64,000 nucleotides of DNA from an uncultured Pelagibacteraceae bacterium (GCA_902571235.1 CACGBI010000003.1:315-64314); one strand, 5' to 3'. Shown: positions 31,782 to 42,203, counted from the first letter of the stretch. Notes: generated by a model from the letters alone, not told the origin. Program-made: numbers and translations.

Positions 31782-31962
31782 AGAACTGTCATTAATTACA
31801 TTAATATAGTCAAAAAATACAGTATTTAAGCTAAATATTATTATGTGATATAATTACAACATTATTAATATTTAAAACAGATAACTCAAAATTTATCAAC
31901 AAAATAACGATTATTATAATATTTTGTTTTCGTTTATAATTATAAAACAAATAGGAGTAAAT

Positions 31963-32898
31963 ATGAACAATTTAAAAAAACTAGGTTTAACAGCTTTAGC
32001 TGGTTCTCTAGTTGCTTCAACTGCAACAGCAGGTACATTAGAAGTTACTGGATCAGCATCTGTTAAATATCAATCTAAATCTGGTTCTGCAGGAACATCA
32101 GGTGTTCAAGGTAATCCTTGGTCTGATGGTAATGCGATCAGCTTTAAAGGTTCTGGTGATATGGACAACGGAATGACAGTTAGTTATGTGTACACAATGA
32201 CTGATGCAGCGTTCTCTTCATCTTCAGTATCTTTAGATATGGGTGATGCAGGATTAGTAGCATTTGCTCATGGTACTGCTTTTGGTGGTATTGACACTAT
32301 TAAAGATAAAATGCCAACAGCCGGTGAGGAAGTTTGGGATGACCAAGGAACTGGTGACGATGCTGGTGTAACAGATGTGGGAAGTGACCCATCTTTAAAC
32401 TACAAAGTTGACATGAATGGTGTTACAGCTTCAGCTTCTTACTCAAGAACTGGTGTTGGTACAGATACGTCAGTAGCATTAGTTGCAGCTGATTTAGTTG
32501 ACGGTGCTGAGTTTGGTATTGGTATAGCTACAGATGTAACTGGTACGTCAGGAACAGAAAATGATATGTCTACTGTATATGCTAAGTATACTGCTGGTGC
32601 AGTTACAGTTGGTGTTCAATTATCTGAAATCGACAAAACAGCAACAAATGGTGATATAGATAGAGAAGCAGCAGCATTATCTTTTGCTGTGAACGAAAAC
32701 CTAAGTATCTCTGCTGGTATATCTACTGTTGAATACGAAGATAGTTCAAAAGTAGACGCTGAGAGTACAGGTGTGTCAGCTTCATACACTATGGGTGGAA
32801 TGACATTCGGTGCTGTGTCTAACAAAACTGACTCTTTTGGTGGAACTGCTGGATCAGACCAGGAATTCACTGAAGTATCAATTTCATTTGCGTTTTAA
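31963..32898 (+). CDS. Outer-membrane porin
   Basis: AGGAG RBS before ATG 31963; signal peptide MNNLKKLGLTALAGSLVA; G/S/T/D-rich beta-strand pattern; C-terminal VSISFAF beta-signal; strongly biased codon use. Confidence 0.88.
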   Translation: MNNLKKLGLTALAGSLVASTATAGTLEVTGSASVKYQSKSGSAGTSGVQGNPWSDGNAISFKGSGDMDNGMTVSYVYTMTDAAFSSSSVSLDMGDAGLVAFAHGTAFGGIDTIKDKMPTAGEEVWDDQGTGDDAGVTDVGSDPSLNYKVDMNGVTASASYSRTGVGTDTSVALVAADLVDGAEFGIGIATDVTGTSGTENDMSTVYAKYTAGAVTVGVQLSEIDKTATNGDIDREAAALSFAVNENLSISAGISTVEYEDSSKVDAESTGVSASYTMGGMTFGAVSNKTDSFGGTAGSDQEFTEVSISFAF

Positions 32899-32919
32899 TT
32901 AAAATCGTAAATTAAAAAT

Positions 32920-33486
32920 TTAAAACGGCCTAATATTTTTTAGGCCGTTTTTTTTTGCCCAACTAATAGAAGCAAATCCTTTTAACCTTAAAGATTTTAG
33001 TCTTTTAAAATTTTTCTGATTAATACCACCTAAAGCAATTAGATCTGTTTTTGTATTTAACTTAATTATATTAAATTTAATTATATCTAAAAATTTTTTT
33101 GATTTATCATTCTTAAAAATAGGTGATAGGAGAATTTCTTTACATCCTTGTTGATTTTTAATTCTAATTTCATTTAAATTGTGAGCAGATCCAATAATTT
33201 TAAAATTTTCTGGTAAATTATAAAAACCACAATAATTTAATTTTTTGTTAAAAGATGGAATATAAACTCCATTTAAGCCTAATTTTATTGATAGTTTAAT
33301 ATTATTAGACAAATAAAGTTTAATGTTAGCCTTTTTACAAAATGATTTAAGTTTAAGTAGATTATTTAGATGATCAATTTTATTATAATTTCTGTAAATA
33401 ATATTTATATTCTTACGTAATTTAGATAAATCTGATAAATTAAATTCATTAACATAACAATAAACTCTAGGTAAAAATTCTTGCAT
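32920..33486 (-). CDS. Thiamine phosphate synthase/TenI-like protein (divergent)
   Basis: IIYRNY, IIGSAHN..EI, LSPIF, IALGGIN motifs of the ThiE fold. Confidence 0.75.
   Translation of the reverse strand: MQEFLPRVYCYVNEFNLSDLSKLRKNINIIYRNYNKIDHLNNLLKLKSFCKKANIKLYLSNNIKLSIKLGLNGVYIPSFNKKLNYCGFYNLPENFKIIGSAHNLNEIRIKNQQGCKEILLSPIFKNDKSKKFLDIIKFNIIKLNTKTDLIALGGINQKNFKRLKSLRLKGFASISWAKKNGLKNIRPF
32922..32956. terminator. Intrinsic terminator of the porin gene, embedded in the 3' end of the convergent thiE-like gene
   Basis: AAAACGGCCTA-ATATTTTT-TAGGCCGTTTT followed by a T run; A run on the other side, so possibly bidirectional. Confidence 0.88.
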
Positions 33487-34143
33487 AAAAGTATTGATAA
33501 TTTAACTTTAATAAATGATCAGATAAAGACAAAATTTGGTTCAATTAACAATACTAATGTTATTGCTGTAAGCAAAACTTTTCCGATAAAAGAAATAGAA
33601 CCTTTAATTAATCATGGACATATACATTTTGGTGAAAATAAAGTTCAAGAAGCAGTTGATAAGTGGACTGATATCAAAAAAACTTTTGAAAATATTCAAC
33701 TACACATGATAGGAAAGTTACAATCTAATAAAACTAAATATGTACTCCCACTATTTGATTATTTACATTCACTCGACAACAAAAAACTTGCGGAGAAAAT
33801 TTCAATTGAGCAAAAAAAATTAGAAAAAAAAATAAAAATTTTTATTCAAGTAAATATTGGAAATGAACATCAAAAAAATGGAATAGCTATTTCTGAATTA
33901 GAAAATTTTTATAAAATATGTATAAATACTTTTGATTTAGATATTGTTGGGTTGATGTGTATACCACCAGAAAATTGTGAAGTAACACCTTTTTTTAAAA
34001 AAATGAGTGAACTTAATAAAAAATTAGGTCTTAAGGAATTAAGTATGGGTATGTCTTCTGATTATATAGATGCTATTAAATTTGGAGCAAGTTTTGTCAG
34101 AATTGGTTCTAAAATTTTTGGTAACAGAATTAATAAATTTTAA
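33481..34143 (+). CDS. yggS: PLP homeostasis protein YggS
   Basis: IAVSKT, FGENKVQEA, HMIGKLQSNK, GLMCIPP, LSMGMSSDY, VRIGSKIFG; TTG start. Confidence 0.95.
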   Translation: MHKSIDNLTLINDQIKTKFGSINNTNVIAVSKTFPIKEIEPLINHGHIHFGENKVQEAVDKWTDIKKTFENIQLHMIGKLQSNKTKYVLPLFDYLHSLDNKKLAEKISIEQKKLEKKIKIFIQVNIGNEHQKNGIAISELENFYKICINTFDLDIVGLMCIPPENCEVTPFFKKMSELNKKLGLKELSMGMSSDYIDAIKFGASFVRIGSKIFGNRINKF

Positions 34144-34621
34144 TTTTTGTTTTTTTGTTAATTAATTTCAGTAGAATTAGCATATCTTTTTTTGAAACCG
34201 CTATACATCCTAGGGTTTTTTTATATTTTTTTGTTAAATGAATAAATATGGCGCTACCTTTATTCTTCTTAATGTTTTTAGTATTATAATTAATTGGAAT
34301 TAAAATATCGTATATTCTACTTTTTCTGAATAATTTTTCATGTTTAATGTTTTTATTAATCTTAATAATTTTATTATAATTTTTGTTATCGACATCATCA
34401 CACCAACCCATTGTTTTTTTGATCTTTAAAATTTGTAATTGTGTATCTATTTTAGAAATTCTATCTTCTCTATAGTAAACAGGACCTAAATTGTAAGTTC
34501 CTTTTGGAGTTTTCTTGTCACCTTCAATTTTTTTTAAAGTAGAACCTTTTTCCCCAAGTGCACATTTAAATTTAAAATTATCATATAAAAGTGTATTATT
34601 ATTTTTAACTATTATTCGCAT
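34130..34621 (-). CDS. L,D-transpeptidase (YkuD-like) family protein
   Basis: KIEGDKKTPKG, WCDD, GSAIFIH...TLGC (HxxxC catalytic motif). Confidence 0.88.
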   Translation of the reverse strand: MRIIVKNNNTLLYDNFKFKCALGEKGSTLKKIEGDKKTPKGTYNLGPVYYREDRISKIDTQLQILKIKKTMGWCDDVDNKNYNKIIKINKNIKHEKLFRKSRIYDILIPINYNTKNIKKNKGSAIFIHLTKKYKKTLGCIAVSKKDMLILLKLINKKTKIKIY

Positions 34622-34629
34622 TTAAATAA

Positions 34630-35193
34630 ATGAGTTTTAAAACATTGTTAATATATAATTCCCCAAAATTATTTGAGATATTAGATGAAATTAAAAGAAA
34701 ATTAAATATTGAAGTTTTATATATTGATAAAAAAAACTATGATAAGGAAAAGTTTGATAAGATTGAAAATTATCTATTAATCTCTAATCAAACAATTGAT
34801 ATTATTGTTGATAACTTTCTATTAATAGATACGCCAAAAAAAATTTCAAATTTGATTGAACAAATTAATTTAAATTTTCTTAAGCTTAAATTTGATAAAC
34901 AATCTAATGTAAAAATTGGTAAATATATTTTGAATCTAAATGCAAGATCTATTCATCATGGAGGTAAGTCTCTTGATTTAACAGAAAAAGAGAGCAATAT
35001 GCTTGTTTATATTAATACTCACAAAAAAGTAAGTTTAAAAAAACTTCAAGAAAATGTTTGGGGATATTCATCAAATTTAGAGACACATACTGTTGAAACA
35101 CATGTATATAGGTTAAGAAAAAAAATTTTGGAAACTTTTAATAATGATAGTCTTATAAAATCTGACAAAGATGGGTACTTTCTAGATAAATAA
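34630..35193 (+). CDS. OmpR/PhoB-type winged-helix regulator, CenR-like, with degenerate receiver domain
   Basis: LTEKE...VWGY...THTVETHVYRLRKKI C-terminus; no recognisable receiver motifs in the N-terminus; next to LDT and yggS. Confidence 0.75.
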   Translation: MSFKTLLIYNSPKLFEILDEIKRKLNIEVLYIDKKNYDKEKFDKIENYLLISNQTIDIIVDNFLLIDTPKKISNLIEQINLNFLKLKFDKQSNVKIGKYILNLNARSIHHGGKSLDLTEKESNMLVYINTHKKVSLKKLQENVWGYSSNLETHTVETHVYRLRKKILETFNNDSLIKSDKDGYFLDK

Positions 35194-35201
35194 TAAAATA
35201 A

Positions 35202-36128
35202 TTAAATACGTGCACCAATTTTTTGAATAATTGCCGCAGATAGCTCAGTTCCTTTTTCTAAACTTTCTTTTGTAGACTTATTATTTATTACTCCATGTAA
35301 ATAACCTGCAGCAAATAAATCTCCAGCACCTGTTAAATCTTTAATTACTAAATTTTTTTTAGCTTTGCACTCTTCTATTTCATCACCATTAATAGATACA
35401 GCTCCTTTTTCACCTCTAGTAATTATAATATTCTTTTGAATTTGTTTGCAAAAACTAATTACATCTTCAAAAGAAACTGAGTTTGTAAGAGACAAAATTT
35501 CTTGTTCATTAGCAAAAATAATATCTAATTTATTTTTAACTAAATCTAAAAAATTTGACTTATGTCTTTCCACACAAAATAGATCTGATAAAGTCATAGC
35601 AACTTTATTGGAATGCATAATAGCTTTATCAAATGCTTTTTTTGGCTCACCTTCATCCCATAAGTAACCTTCAAGAAAAGTTATATCTGCATTTTTTATA
35701 TACTCTCCATTTACGTCATTATAATTAATTTTTCCTGCAGTACCTAAAAAAGTACACATAGTTCTCTCAGAGTCTGGAGTAATTAAAATCAAACAGGATC
35801 CAGTTGGAATTGGCTCAGATTTTTTTTTATATAAATAATTAACATTTTCTTTTTTAAGTCCCTCTTCATATTTTTTACCTAATTCATCATCATTTATTTT
35901 TCCTAAAAAACCAACATTGTTATTTAATTTAGATAAGCCAACAATAGAATTAGCAACAGATCCTCCAGAGATAGTTTGTTCAATTTTTAATGATGATAAA
36001 AGTTTTTTAAATTCCAATTCATTAACTAATTTCATAGTACTTTTAGTCAAGGAGTTTTCTATTAAAAATTTATCAGTTACTCTACAAAGGACATCAACGA
36101 TTGCATTCCCTATTCCTAGTATTTTCAT
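35202..36128 (-). CDS. PfkB-family carbohydrate/adenosine kinase
   Basis: GIGNAIVDV, GGSVANS, ERTMCTFLG, FANEQE, DLTGAGDLFAAG. Confidence 0.92.
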   Translation of the reverse strand: MKILGIGNAIVDVLCRVTDKFLIENSLTKSTMKLVNELEFKKLLSSLKIEQTISGGSVANSIVGLSKLNNNVGFLGKINDDELGKKYEEGLKKENVNYLYKKKSEPIPTGSCLILITPDSERTMCTFLGTAGKINYNDVNGEYIKNADITFLEGYLWDEGEPKKAFDKAIMHSNKVAMTLSDLFCVERHKSNFLDLVKNKLDIIFANEQEILSLTNSVSFEDVISFCKQIQKNIIITRGEKGAVSINGDEIEECKAKKNLVIKDLTGAGDLFAAGYLHGVINNKSTKESLEKGTELSAAIIQKIGARI

Positions 36129-36781
36129 TATGGTTTTTTTGTAATAAATGGTTTTTTTCTTTTAGGATAACAAGAAGTACAAATTTTACAACTAATTCCA
36201 TAACAATCTCGTGCTTTGCAATATTCCCTGCCGTAATAAATAATTTGTAGATGAAGTTTGTTCCAACTTTTTTTTGGAAACAATCTTTTTAAATCACTTT
36301 CTGTTTGAACGACATTTTTACCATTTGTTAAACCCCATCTTTGAGCGAGTCTATGTATATGAGTATCTACTGGAAAAGCTGGATAACCAAATCCTTGAGA
36401 CATTACAACGCTTGCTGTTTTGTGACCAACACCAGGTAATTTTTCAAGTTGCTCAAATGTTTTTGGAACTTTTCCCTCGTATTTTTTTATCAATATCTTT
36501 GAAAGATTATAAATACTTTTTGCTTTAATTCTAAAGATACCAATTTTTCTAATTAAATTTTCTATTTTTTTTTGACCTAATTTAACAAAGTGTTCAGGTT
36601 TATAATATTTTGGATAAATATTTTTTGTAACATTATTTACGTTAACATCTGTACATTGAGCTGAAAGGAGTACAGAAATTAATAGAGTAAATACATTTCT
36701 ACTTTCTAAAGGAACTTTAATTCTAGGGTAAGTTTTGTTTAAAATTTTTAAAATTATTTTAGCTCTTTGTGCTTCATCCAT
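36128..36781 (-). CDS. nth: Endonuclease III
   Basis: LLSAQCTD, HhH LPGVGHKTA, VDTHIHR, C-terminal Cys cluster. Confidence 0.95.
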   Translation of the reverse strand: MDEAQRAKIILKILNKTYPRIKVPLESRNVFTLLISVLLSAQCTDVNVNNVTKNIYPKYYKPEHFVKLGQKKIENLIRKIGIFRIKAKSIYNLSKILIKKYEGKVPKTFEQLEKLPGVGHKTASVVMSQGFGYPAFPVDTHIHRLAQRWGLTNGKNVVQTESDLKRLFPKKSWNKLHLQIIYYGREYCKARDCYGISCKICTSCYPKRKKPFITKKP

Positions 36782-37557
36782 TATTTAAAATTTAAGAGAT
36801 CTCTCATGGAATAAAGACCAGGTTTTTTATTTACTAACCATTTTGCGGCACTTAATGCTCCTTCAGAATATAAAGCCCTGTCGAAGGCTTCGTGATTTAA
36901 TGTAATTGTTTCTTTACCACTAAAAAATTTTACTTCATGTTCACCAATTATTTCTCCTTTTCTTAAAGAATTAAAATTAATTTTTTTTCCATAAGGAAAA
37001 GTTTTTTTATTTAAATATTTTTTTCCTATCAATTTATAAAAATTTTCATTTTTGCCTAAAGCAATTCCTTTCCCTAACATCAAAGCGGTTCCAGATGGAT
37101 AATCTTTTTTATGCTTATGATGAACCTCAAATATCTTACTTAAAAATTTTTCCCCTAGTGAATTTGATGCTATTTCTGTTAAATACATTAATAAATTAAT
37201 ACCTAAACTCATATTGCCAGCTTTTAATATTGGTATCTTTTTTGAATATTTTTTTATTAATTCCTCTTCTTTCTTAGTAAACCCTGTTGTTCCTATAACA
37301 ACTTTTTTTTTTAGTTTAGAGGCTATTTTAAGCACCTGAAAAGTACATTTAGGAATTGTAAAGTCTATGATTATACTTGTATTTTTAAATGCTTCTTCAG
37401 TATTTAAATCAATTTTAATTCCATTAATTTTTTTATTAATTTTTTTATTTTCAGTAATAGAAATTAATTTAAAATTTTTGTCATTTCTTATAGATTTTAT
37501 TATTTGTTGGCCCATTCTCCCCATACATCCTGTTACTGCCAAGTTTATTTTTTTCAT
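36781..37557 (-). CDS. dapB: 4-hydroxy-tetrahydrodipicolinate reductase
   Basis: GCMGRMG, IDFT, VIGTTG, NMSLGIN, EVHHKHKKDYPSGTA, GEHEV. Confidence 0.96.
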   Translation of the reverse strand: MKKINLAVTGCMGRMGQQIIKSIRNDKNFKLISITENKKINKKINGIKIDLNTEEAFKNTSIIIDFTIPKCTFQVLKIASKLKKKVVIGTTGFTKKEEELIKKYSKKIPILKAGNMSLGINLLMYLTEIASNSLGEKFLSKIFEVHHKHKKDYPSGTALMLGKGIALGKNENFYKLIGKKYLNKKTFPYGKKINFNSLRKGEIIGEHEVKFFSGKETITLNHEAFDRALYSEGALSAAKWLVNKKPGLYSMRDLLNFK

Positions 37558-37559
37558 AA

Positions 37560-38345
37560 TTAATAAAGTTCTATATATGTTAAATGATTATAAGATTCTA
37601 ATTCTTCTTTTGAAAGATTTAAATTTTGATCAATAATATTAGTTAGATTAGGAAATTCAGAGTAAGTTTTAATGTTTTTTTCAATATTTTTAAAATCGTT
37701 TTCATTTGGAGGATAGTCTCTTAATCGAGACTTAATTTTTTCCAATTTAAAAATGTATTTTTTAAAGAAAAGTTTTTTTAAAAATTCATTAGAAAAAATT
37801 AAAAAAGTTTTAAAAAGACTAGATTTTGTATAATTATGATTAAAACCCTTTTTATTTATTGCATGATTAATAGTATAAAAGTCTCCCTTCTCATCAGGAT
37901 AGTTATCTTCAAGTATTATTTTTTTTATATTAAAAAACTTTGCTTGTTTTAGTCTCTCATAATGATTAACGTGATCATCTAAAAAAACTAAGGTATCTTC
38001 TGGTAAATTAGAAAAATTTTGATCTTTAAAATCTATATTTGAATACTCAGCTTTATTTGAAATATATACTCTTTGACTTAAATCAATATCTATAGATAAA
38101 ATTTTAGTGTTGGGCAATGTATTTTCAATTAACCATGTTGATTGGCCTCTATAAACGCCCGACTCAATAACAAAACTTGGCTTAAATTTTTTTAGAATAA
38201 AATAAGTCGCAAACATGTGTTGAAATTGCATTCCATGTTTATTATTTTTAATTGGTCTTTTTTCGTAAAGATTTCTGAATTCCTTAATTTCTCTTAAAAT
38301 TTCACTTTTTTCCCATTGTGGAGAGTTTTTCTTAAAAATATTCAT
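37560..38345 (-). CDS. Uncharacterised protein, possibly class I SAM-dependent methyltransferase-like
   Basis: VIESGVYRGQST (motif I-like), LSIDID, VFLDDH, LEDNY. Confidence 0.6.
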   Translation of the reverse strand: MNIFKKNSPQWEKSEILREIKEFRNLYEKRPIKNNKHGMQFQHMFATYFILKKFKPSFVIESGVYRGQSTWLIENTLPNTKILSIDIDLSQRVYISNKAEYSNIDFKDQNFSNLPEDTLVFLDDHVNHYERLKQAKFFNIKKIILEDNYPDEKGDFYTINHAINKKGFNHNYTKSSLFKTFLIFSNEFLKKLFFKKYIFKLEKIKSRLRDYPPNENDFKNIEKNIKTYSEFPNLTNIIDQNLNLSKEELESYNHLTYIELY

Positions 38346-38404
38346 TTAAATATAAGATATGAAATTTTTGTAGTGTAAACAACAATTAAAGATTTATATC
38401 TTTT

Positions 38405-39529
38405 TTAACTATTCCAAAAACTTTTAGCTTTTTGGAAAAATTTTTTAATACTAGGATTAGATTTTTCATTCTCTATTTTTCTAAATCTTTCTAGTAAATC
38501 TTTCTGCTCTTTATTTAAATAAACTGGAACTTCAGTTTTAACTTGAACATATAAATCCCCATAATCACCTCTTTGCATGAATGGCATACCTTTGCCTTTT
38601 AATCTAAATTGTTTACCATCCTGAGTTCCGTCAGGTATTTTAATTTTTGCTTTTTTTCCATCAATTGTAGGTATTTCTATTGTAGTTCCTAGTGCAGCGT
38701 CAGCTATTGAGATTGGAAACTCAAAAAATAGATTAACGTCTGATCTTTTAAATAGATCATGTGATTTTATGTTTATAAATAGATATAAATCACCACTAGC
38801 ACCCCCTCTGGTTCCTGCTTCACCTTTCCCAGCCAATCTAATTCTTGTCCCATCATCAACTCCTTTCGGAATGGTTACAGAAATTTTTTTAGAAGTCTGT
38901 TTATTTCCAGCTCCATTACAATCATTGCAAGGGTTTGTGATTTCTTCTCCACTACCAGAGCATTGAGGACATGTTTGTTGAACTGTAAAAAAACCTTGAT
39001 TGGATCTAACTTTCCCATTTCCACCACAATAACTACATCTATCTGCTGAATGACCAGGCTTCGAACCGCTTCCTTTGCAGTTGTTACATTTATCTGATGA
39101 GGAGAATTGTATATTTTGTTTTTTACCCGAATATGCTTCTTCCAATGTTATTGATAAATCATATCTTAAATCTGAACCTCTATTATTTGAGTTTCTTCTG
39201 CTATTTCTTCTACTTCCACCAAAATCTCCAAAAAAATCCTCAAAAATATCTGAAAAATCCGCTCCCCCAAAACCTCCAAATCCTCCTTGGCCGCCACCAT
39301 TATTTTCGAATGCGGCGTGTCCAAAGTTGTCATAATTTTCCTTTTTACTTTTATCTGAAAGTATCCCGTAAGCTTCGCTTGCCTCTTTAAATTTATCCTC
39401 TGCAGCTTTGTCACCAGGGTTTTTATCTGGGTGGTACTTTACAGCTAATTTTCTATAGGCAGATTTTATTTCTACTGGATTAGCATTTTTATTTACACCA
39501 AGAACATCGTAGTAATCTCGTTTAGCCAT
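38405..39529 (-). CDS. dnaJ: Chaperone DnaJ
   Basis: J-domain HPD, G/F region, four CxxCxGxG repeats. Confidence 0.98.
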   Translation of the reverse strand: MAKRDYYDVLGVNKNANPVEIKSAYRKLAVKYHPDKNPGDKAAEDKFKEASEAYGILSDKSKKENYDNFGHAAFENNGGGQGGFGGFGGADFSDIFEDFFGDFGGSRRNSRRNSNNRGSDLRYDLSITLEEAYSGKKQNIQFSSSDKCNNCKGSGSKPGHSADRCSYCGGNGKVRSNQGFFTVQQTCPQCSGSGEEITNPCNDCNGAGNKQTSKKISVTIPKGVDDGTRIRLAGKGEAGTRGGASGDLYLFINIKSHDLFKRSDVNLFFEFPISIADAALGTTIEIPTIDGKKAKIKIPDGTQDGKQFRLKGKGMPFMQRGDYGDLYVQVKTEVPVYLNKEQKDLLERFRKIENEKSNPSIKKFFQKAKSFWNS

Positions 39530-39558
39530 TAATTTAACCCAGACGATTAGATATTATT

Positions 39559-41496
39559 TTAGGCGCTTTTTTCTTGGTTTTCGTCTTTTTTTTCTTCTTT
39601 TACTTCCTCAAAATCAGCGTCAACAACATTATCGTCTTTTGTATCCTTTTTATCTTTACCGTCTTCTTTTCCAGGTTCAGGTTTAGCACTTTGTTGAGAC
39701 TTATAAATTGCTTCGCCAAGTTTCATAGAAGCCTGAACTAATGCTTCAGTTTTCTTTTTGATATCTTCAATATTTTCACTTTTTAGACTTTCTTTAAGAG
39801 AATTTGAAGCATCTTCAATAGCTTTCTTCTCAGAGTCAGATACTTTAGATCCATGTTCTTTAAGGTTTTTTTCTGTTGAATGGATTAATGTATCGGCCTG
39901 ATTTCTCACATCAACTGACTCCCTTTTCTTTTTGTCAGACTCTTTATTAGCTTCAGCATCTTTAACCATTTTTTCAATTTCTTCGTCACTTAGACCACCT
40001 GAAGCTTGAATCTGTATCTTTTGTTCTTTTCCGGTGCCTTTATCTTTCGCTGAAACATTTACAATACCATTAGCATCTATATCAAATGTTACCTCGATTT
40101 GTGGTACTCCTCTTGGAGCTGGAGCAATTCCAACTAATTCAAAATTACCTAATATTTTATTGTCAGATGCCATCTCTCTTTCACCTTGAAGAACTCTGAT
40201 TGATACTGCAGGTTGATTATCTTCAGCAGTAGAAAAAACCTGACTTTTTTTTGTAGGAATTGTAGTATTTTTCTCAATTAGTTTTGTAGAGACACCACCT
40301 AATGTTTCAATCCCTAATGATAGAGGTGTAACATCAAGAAGAAGAACATCTTTCACATCTCCTTGTAAAACACCAGCTTGAATTGCCGCTCCCATTGCTA
40401 CAACTTCGTCTGGATTAACGCTTTTGTTAGGTTCTTTACCAAAGAAATTTTTAACTTCTTCAACTACTTTTGGCATTCTTGTCATACCCCCAACCATGAC
40501 GATTTCATCAATTTCATTTGCAGTGATGCCAGCATCCTTTAGAGCTGTTTTGCATGGTGGCATGGTTTTAGTTATCAAATCCTCGACTAAGGCCTCTAAT
40601 TTGGCTCTAGTCATTTTAATATTTATATGTTTTGGGCCAGTTTTATCTGCAGTAATAAACGGTAAATTTATATCTGTTTGTTCTGCAGATGATAATTCTA
40701 TTTTAGCCTTTTCAGCAGCTTCTTTTAATCTTTGAAGAGCTAACTTATCAGTTTTTAAATCAATTCCATTGTCTTTTTTAAATTCAGAAACTAAATAATC
40801 TACGATTGAATTATCAAAGTCTTCACCACCTAAAAAAGTGTCACCATTAGTTGATTTAACCTCAAAAACTCCATCACCTAGTTCAAGTATTGAAACATCA
40901 AATGTTCCACCACCTAAATCGTATACAGCAATTTTTTTATTTTGTTTTTTATCTAAACCATAAGCCAACGAAGCTGCAGTTGGTTCATTTATAATTCTTA
41001 AAACTTCTAAGCCAGCAATTTTTCCAGCATCTTTTGTAGCTTGTCTTTGTGCATCATTAAAATAAGCAGGCACAGTTATCACAGCTTTTGATACAGTTTG
41101 ACCTAAATATTTTTCAGCAGTTTCTTTCATTTTTTGAAGAATAAAAGCAGAAATTTGTGATGGAGAGTATTTTTCTCCTTTTGTTTCAATCCAAGCATCA
41201 CCTTTTTCAGAATTTACAATTTTAAAAGGTGCTGCTTCAACATCTTTTTTTACCGTTGGATCATCAAAGTTTCTACCAATCAATCTCTTAACTGCAAAAA
41301 TAGTATTTTCAGGATTTGTTACAGCTTGTCTTTTCGCTGGTTGTCCAATTAATTTTTCACTATCATCCGTAAAAGCAACTACTGAAGGAGTAGTTCTTGC
41401 ACCTTCTACGTTTTCTAAAACTTTTGGTTGACTACCTTCCATGATAGCAACACAAGAGTTTGTTGTTCCAAGGTCTATTCCAATTATTTTACTCAT
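39559..41496 (-). CDS. dnaK: Chaperone DnaK
   Basis: [38 protein letters not shown]. Confidence 0.99.
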   Translation of the reverse strand: MSKIIGIDLGTTNSCVAIMEGSQPKVLENVEGARTTPSVVAFTDDSEKLIGQPAKRQAVTNPENTIFAVKRLIGRNFDDPTVKKDVEAAPFKIVNSEKGDAWIETKGEKYSPSQISAFILQKMKETAEKYLGQTVSKAVITVPAYFNDAQRQATKDAGKIAGLEVLRIINEPTAASLAYGLDKKQNKKIAVYDLGGGTFDVSILELGDGVFEVKSTNGDTFLGGEDFDNSIVDYLVSEFKKDNGIDLKTDKLALQRLKEAAEKAKIELSSAEQTDINLPFITADKTGPKHINIKMTRAKLEALVEDLITKTMPPCKTALKDAGITANEIDEIVMVGGMTRMPKVVEEVKNFFGKEPNKSVNPDEVVAMGAAIQAGVLQGDVKDVLLLDVTPLSLGIETLGGVSTKLIEKNTTIPTKKSQVFSTAEDNQPAVSIRVLQGEREMASDNKILGNFELVGIAPAPRGVPQIEVTFDIDANGIVNVSAKDKGTGKEQKIQIQASGGLSDEEIEKMVKDAEANKESDKKKRESVDVRNQADTLIHSTEKNLKEHGSKVSDSEKKAIEDASNSLKESLKSENIEDIKKKTEALVQASMKLGEAIYKSQQSAKPEPGKEDGKDKKDTKDDNVVDADFEEVKEEKKDENQEKSA

Positions 41497-41518
41497 AATA
41501 TCCTGTATTTACTTTCTC

Positions 41519-41546
41519 ATATAGGTGTTAAATCTAATTCTACAAG
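41519..41546 (-). promoter_or_regulatory. RpoH-type promoter of dnaKJ
   Basis: CTTGTA-N15-CCTATAT on the minus strand, close to the alphaproteobacterial RpoH consensus. Confidence 0.75.
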
Positions 41547-41558
41547 TTGATCTAGACA

Positions 41559-42197
41559 TTATTTATTTTCTTTATTTTCCTGGCTTTTTGAGGATTCTTT
41601 ATTTTTATCTTCCGATTTTTTTGAAACCCCAACTAATGATGGTCTTAGGAGTCGGTCTTTAATTGTAAAACCTTTTTGGATTTCTTGAATTATAGTACCA
41701 GGTTCTTTTTGATCATCTTCAATTTCCATCATTGCTTGATGTAAATTAGGATCAAGTTTTTTGTTTAAACAATCAATTGATTTAATATTATTTTTATTAA
41801 AAATTGAGATTAAATCTTTGTTTATAATATTTAAATGATCTAAAGTTTTATTAAGTGCTTCTGTATTTTTTAATTTTTCGTCATTTTCTAAAACTTGCTT
41901 GGATCTTTCTAAATTATCAATCAAGTTAAGAGCTTCTTTAGCAAAGGAAGTACCACCATATTCAAAGGCATCCTCTTTTTCTTTTTGAAAACGTCTCCTT
42001 TGGTTTTCCATTTCAGCAAAAGTTCTTGCTAACTTATCCTCTAATTCTTTAATTTTTTCTTCAGGGGTAATTACTTTTTCTTCTTCTTTTTTTTGATCGG
42101 AGTCTAAATCAGCCTTAACAAAATTTTCGTCAGTTTTTTTATCTTCAGGATTATTATAATCCTCTTCCAAAGTTTTTTGTTGTTCTTCTTTATCCAT
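41559..42197 (-). CDS. grpE: Nucleotide exchange factor GrpE
   Basis: RTFAEMENQRRR, DNLER, DPNLHQAM, QKGF...RLLRP. Confidence 0.96.
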   Translation of the reverse strand: MDKEEQQKTLEEDYNNPEDKKTDENFVKADLDSDQKKEEEKVITPEEKIKELEDKLARTFAEMENQRRRFQKEKEDAFEYGGTSFAKEALNLIDNLERSKQVLENDEKLKNTEALNKTLDHLNIINKDLISIFNKNNIKSIDCLNKKLDPNLHQAMMEIEDDQKEPGTIIQEIQKGFTIKDRLLRPSLVGVSKKSEDKNKESSKSQENKENK

Positions 42198-42203
42198 GTT
42201 CGC

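Noticed and set aside
31924-31962. N-terminal extension of the porin ORF
   Set aside because: The RBS AGGAG and signal peptide point to ATG 31963
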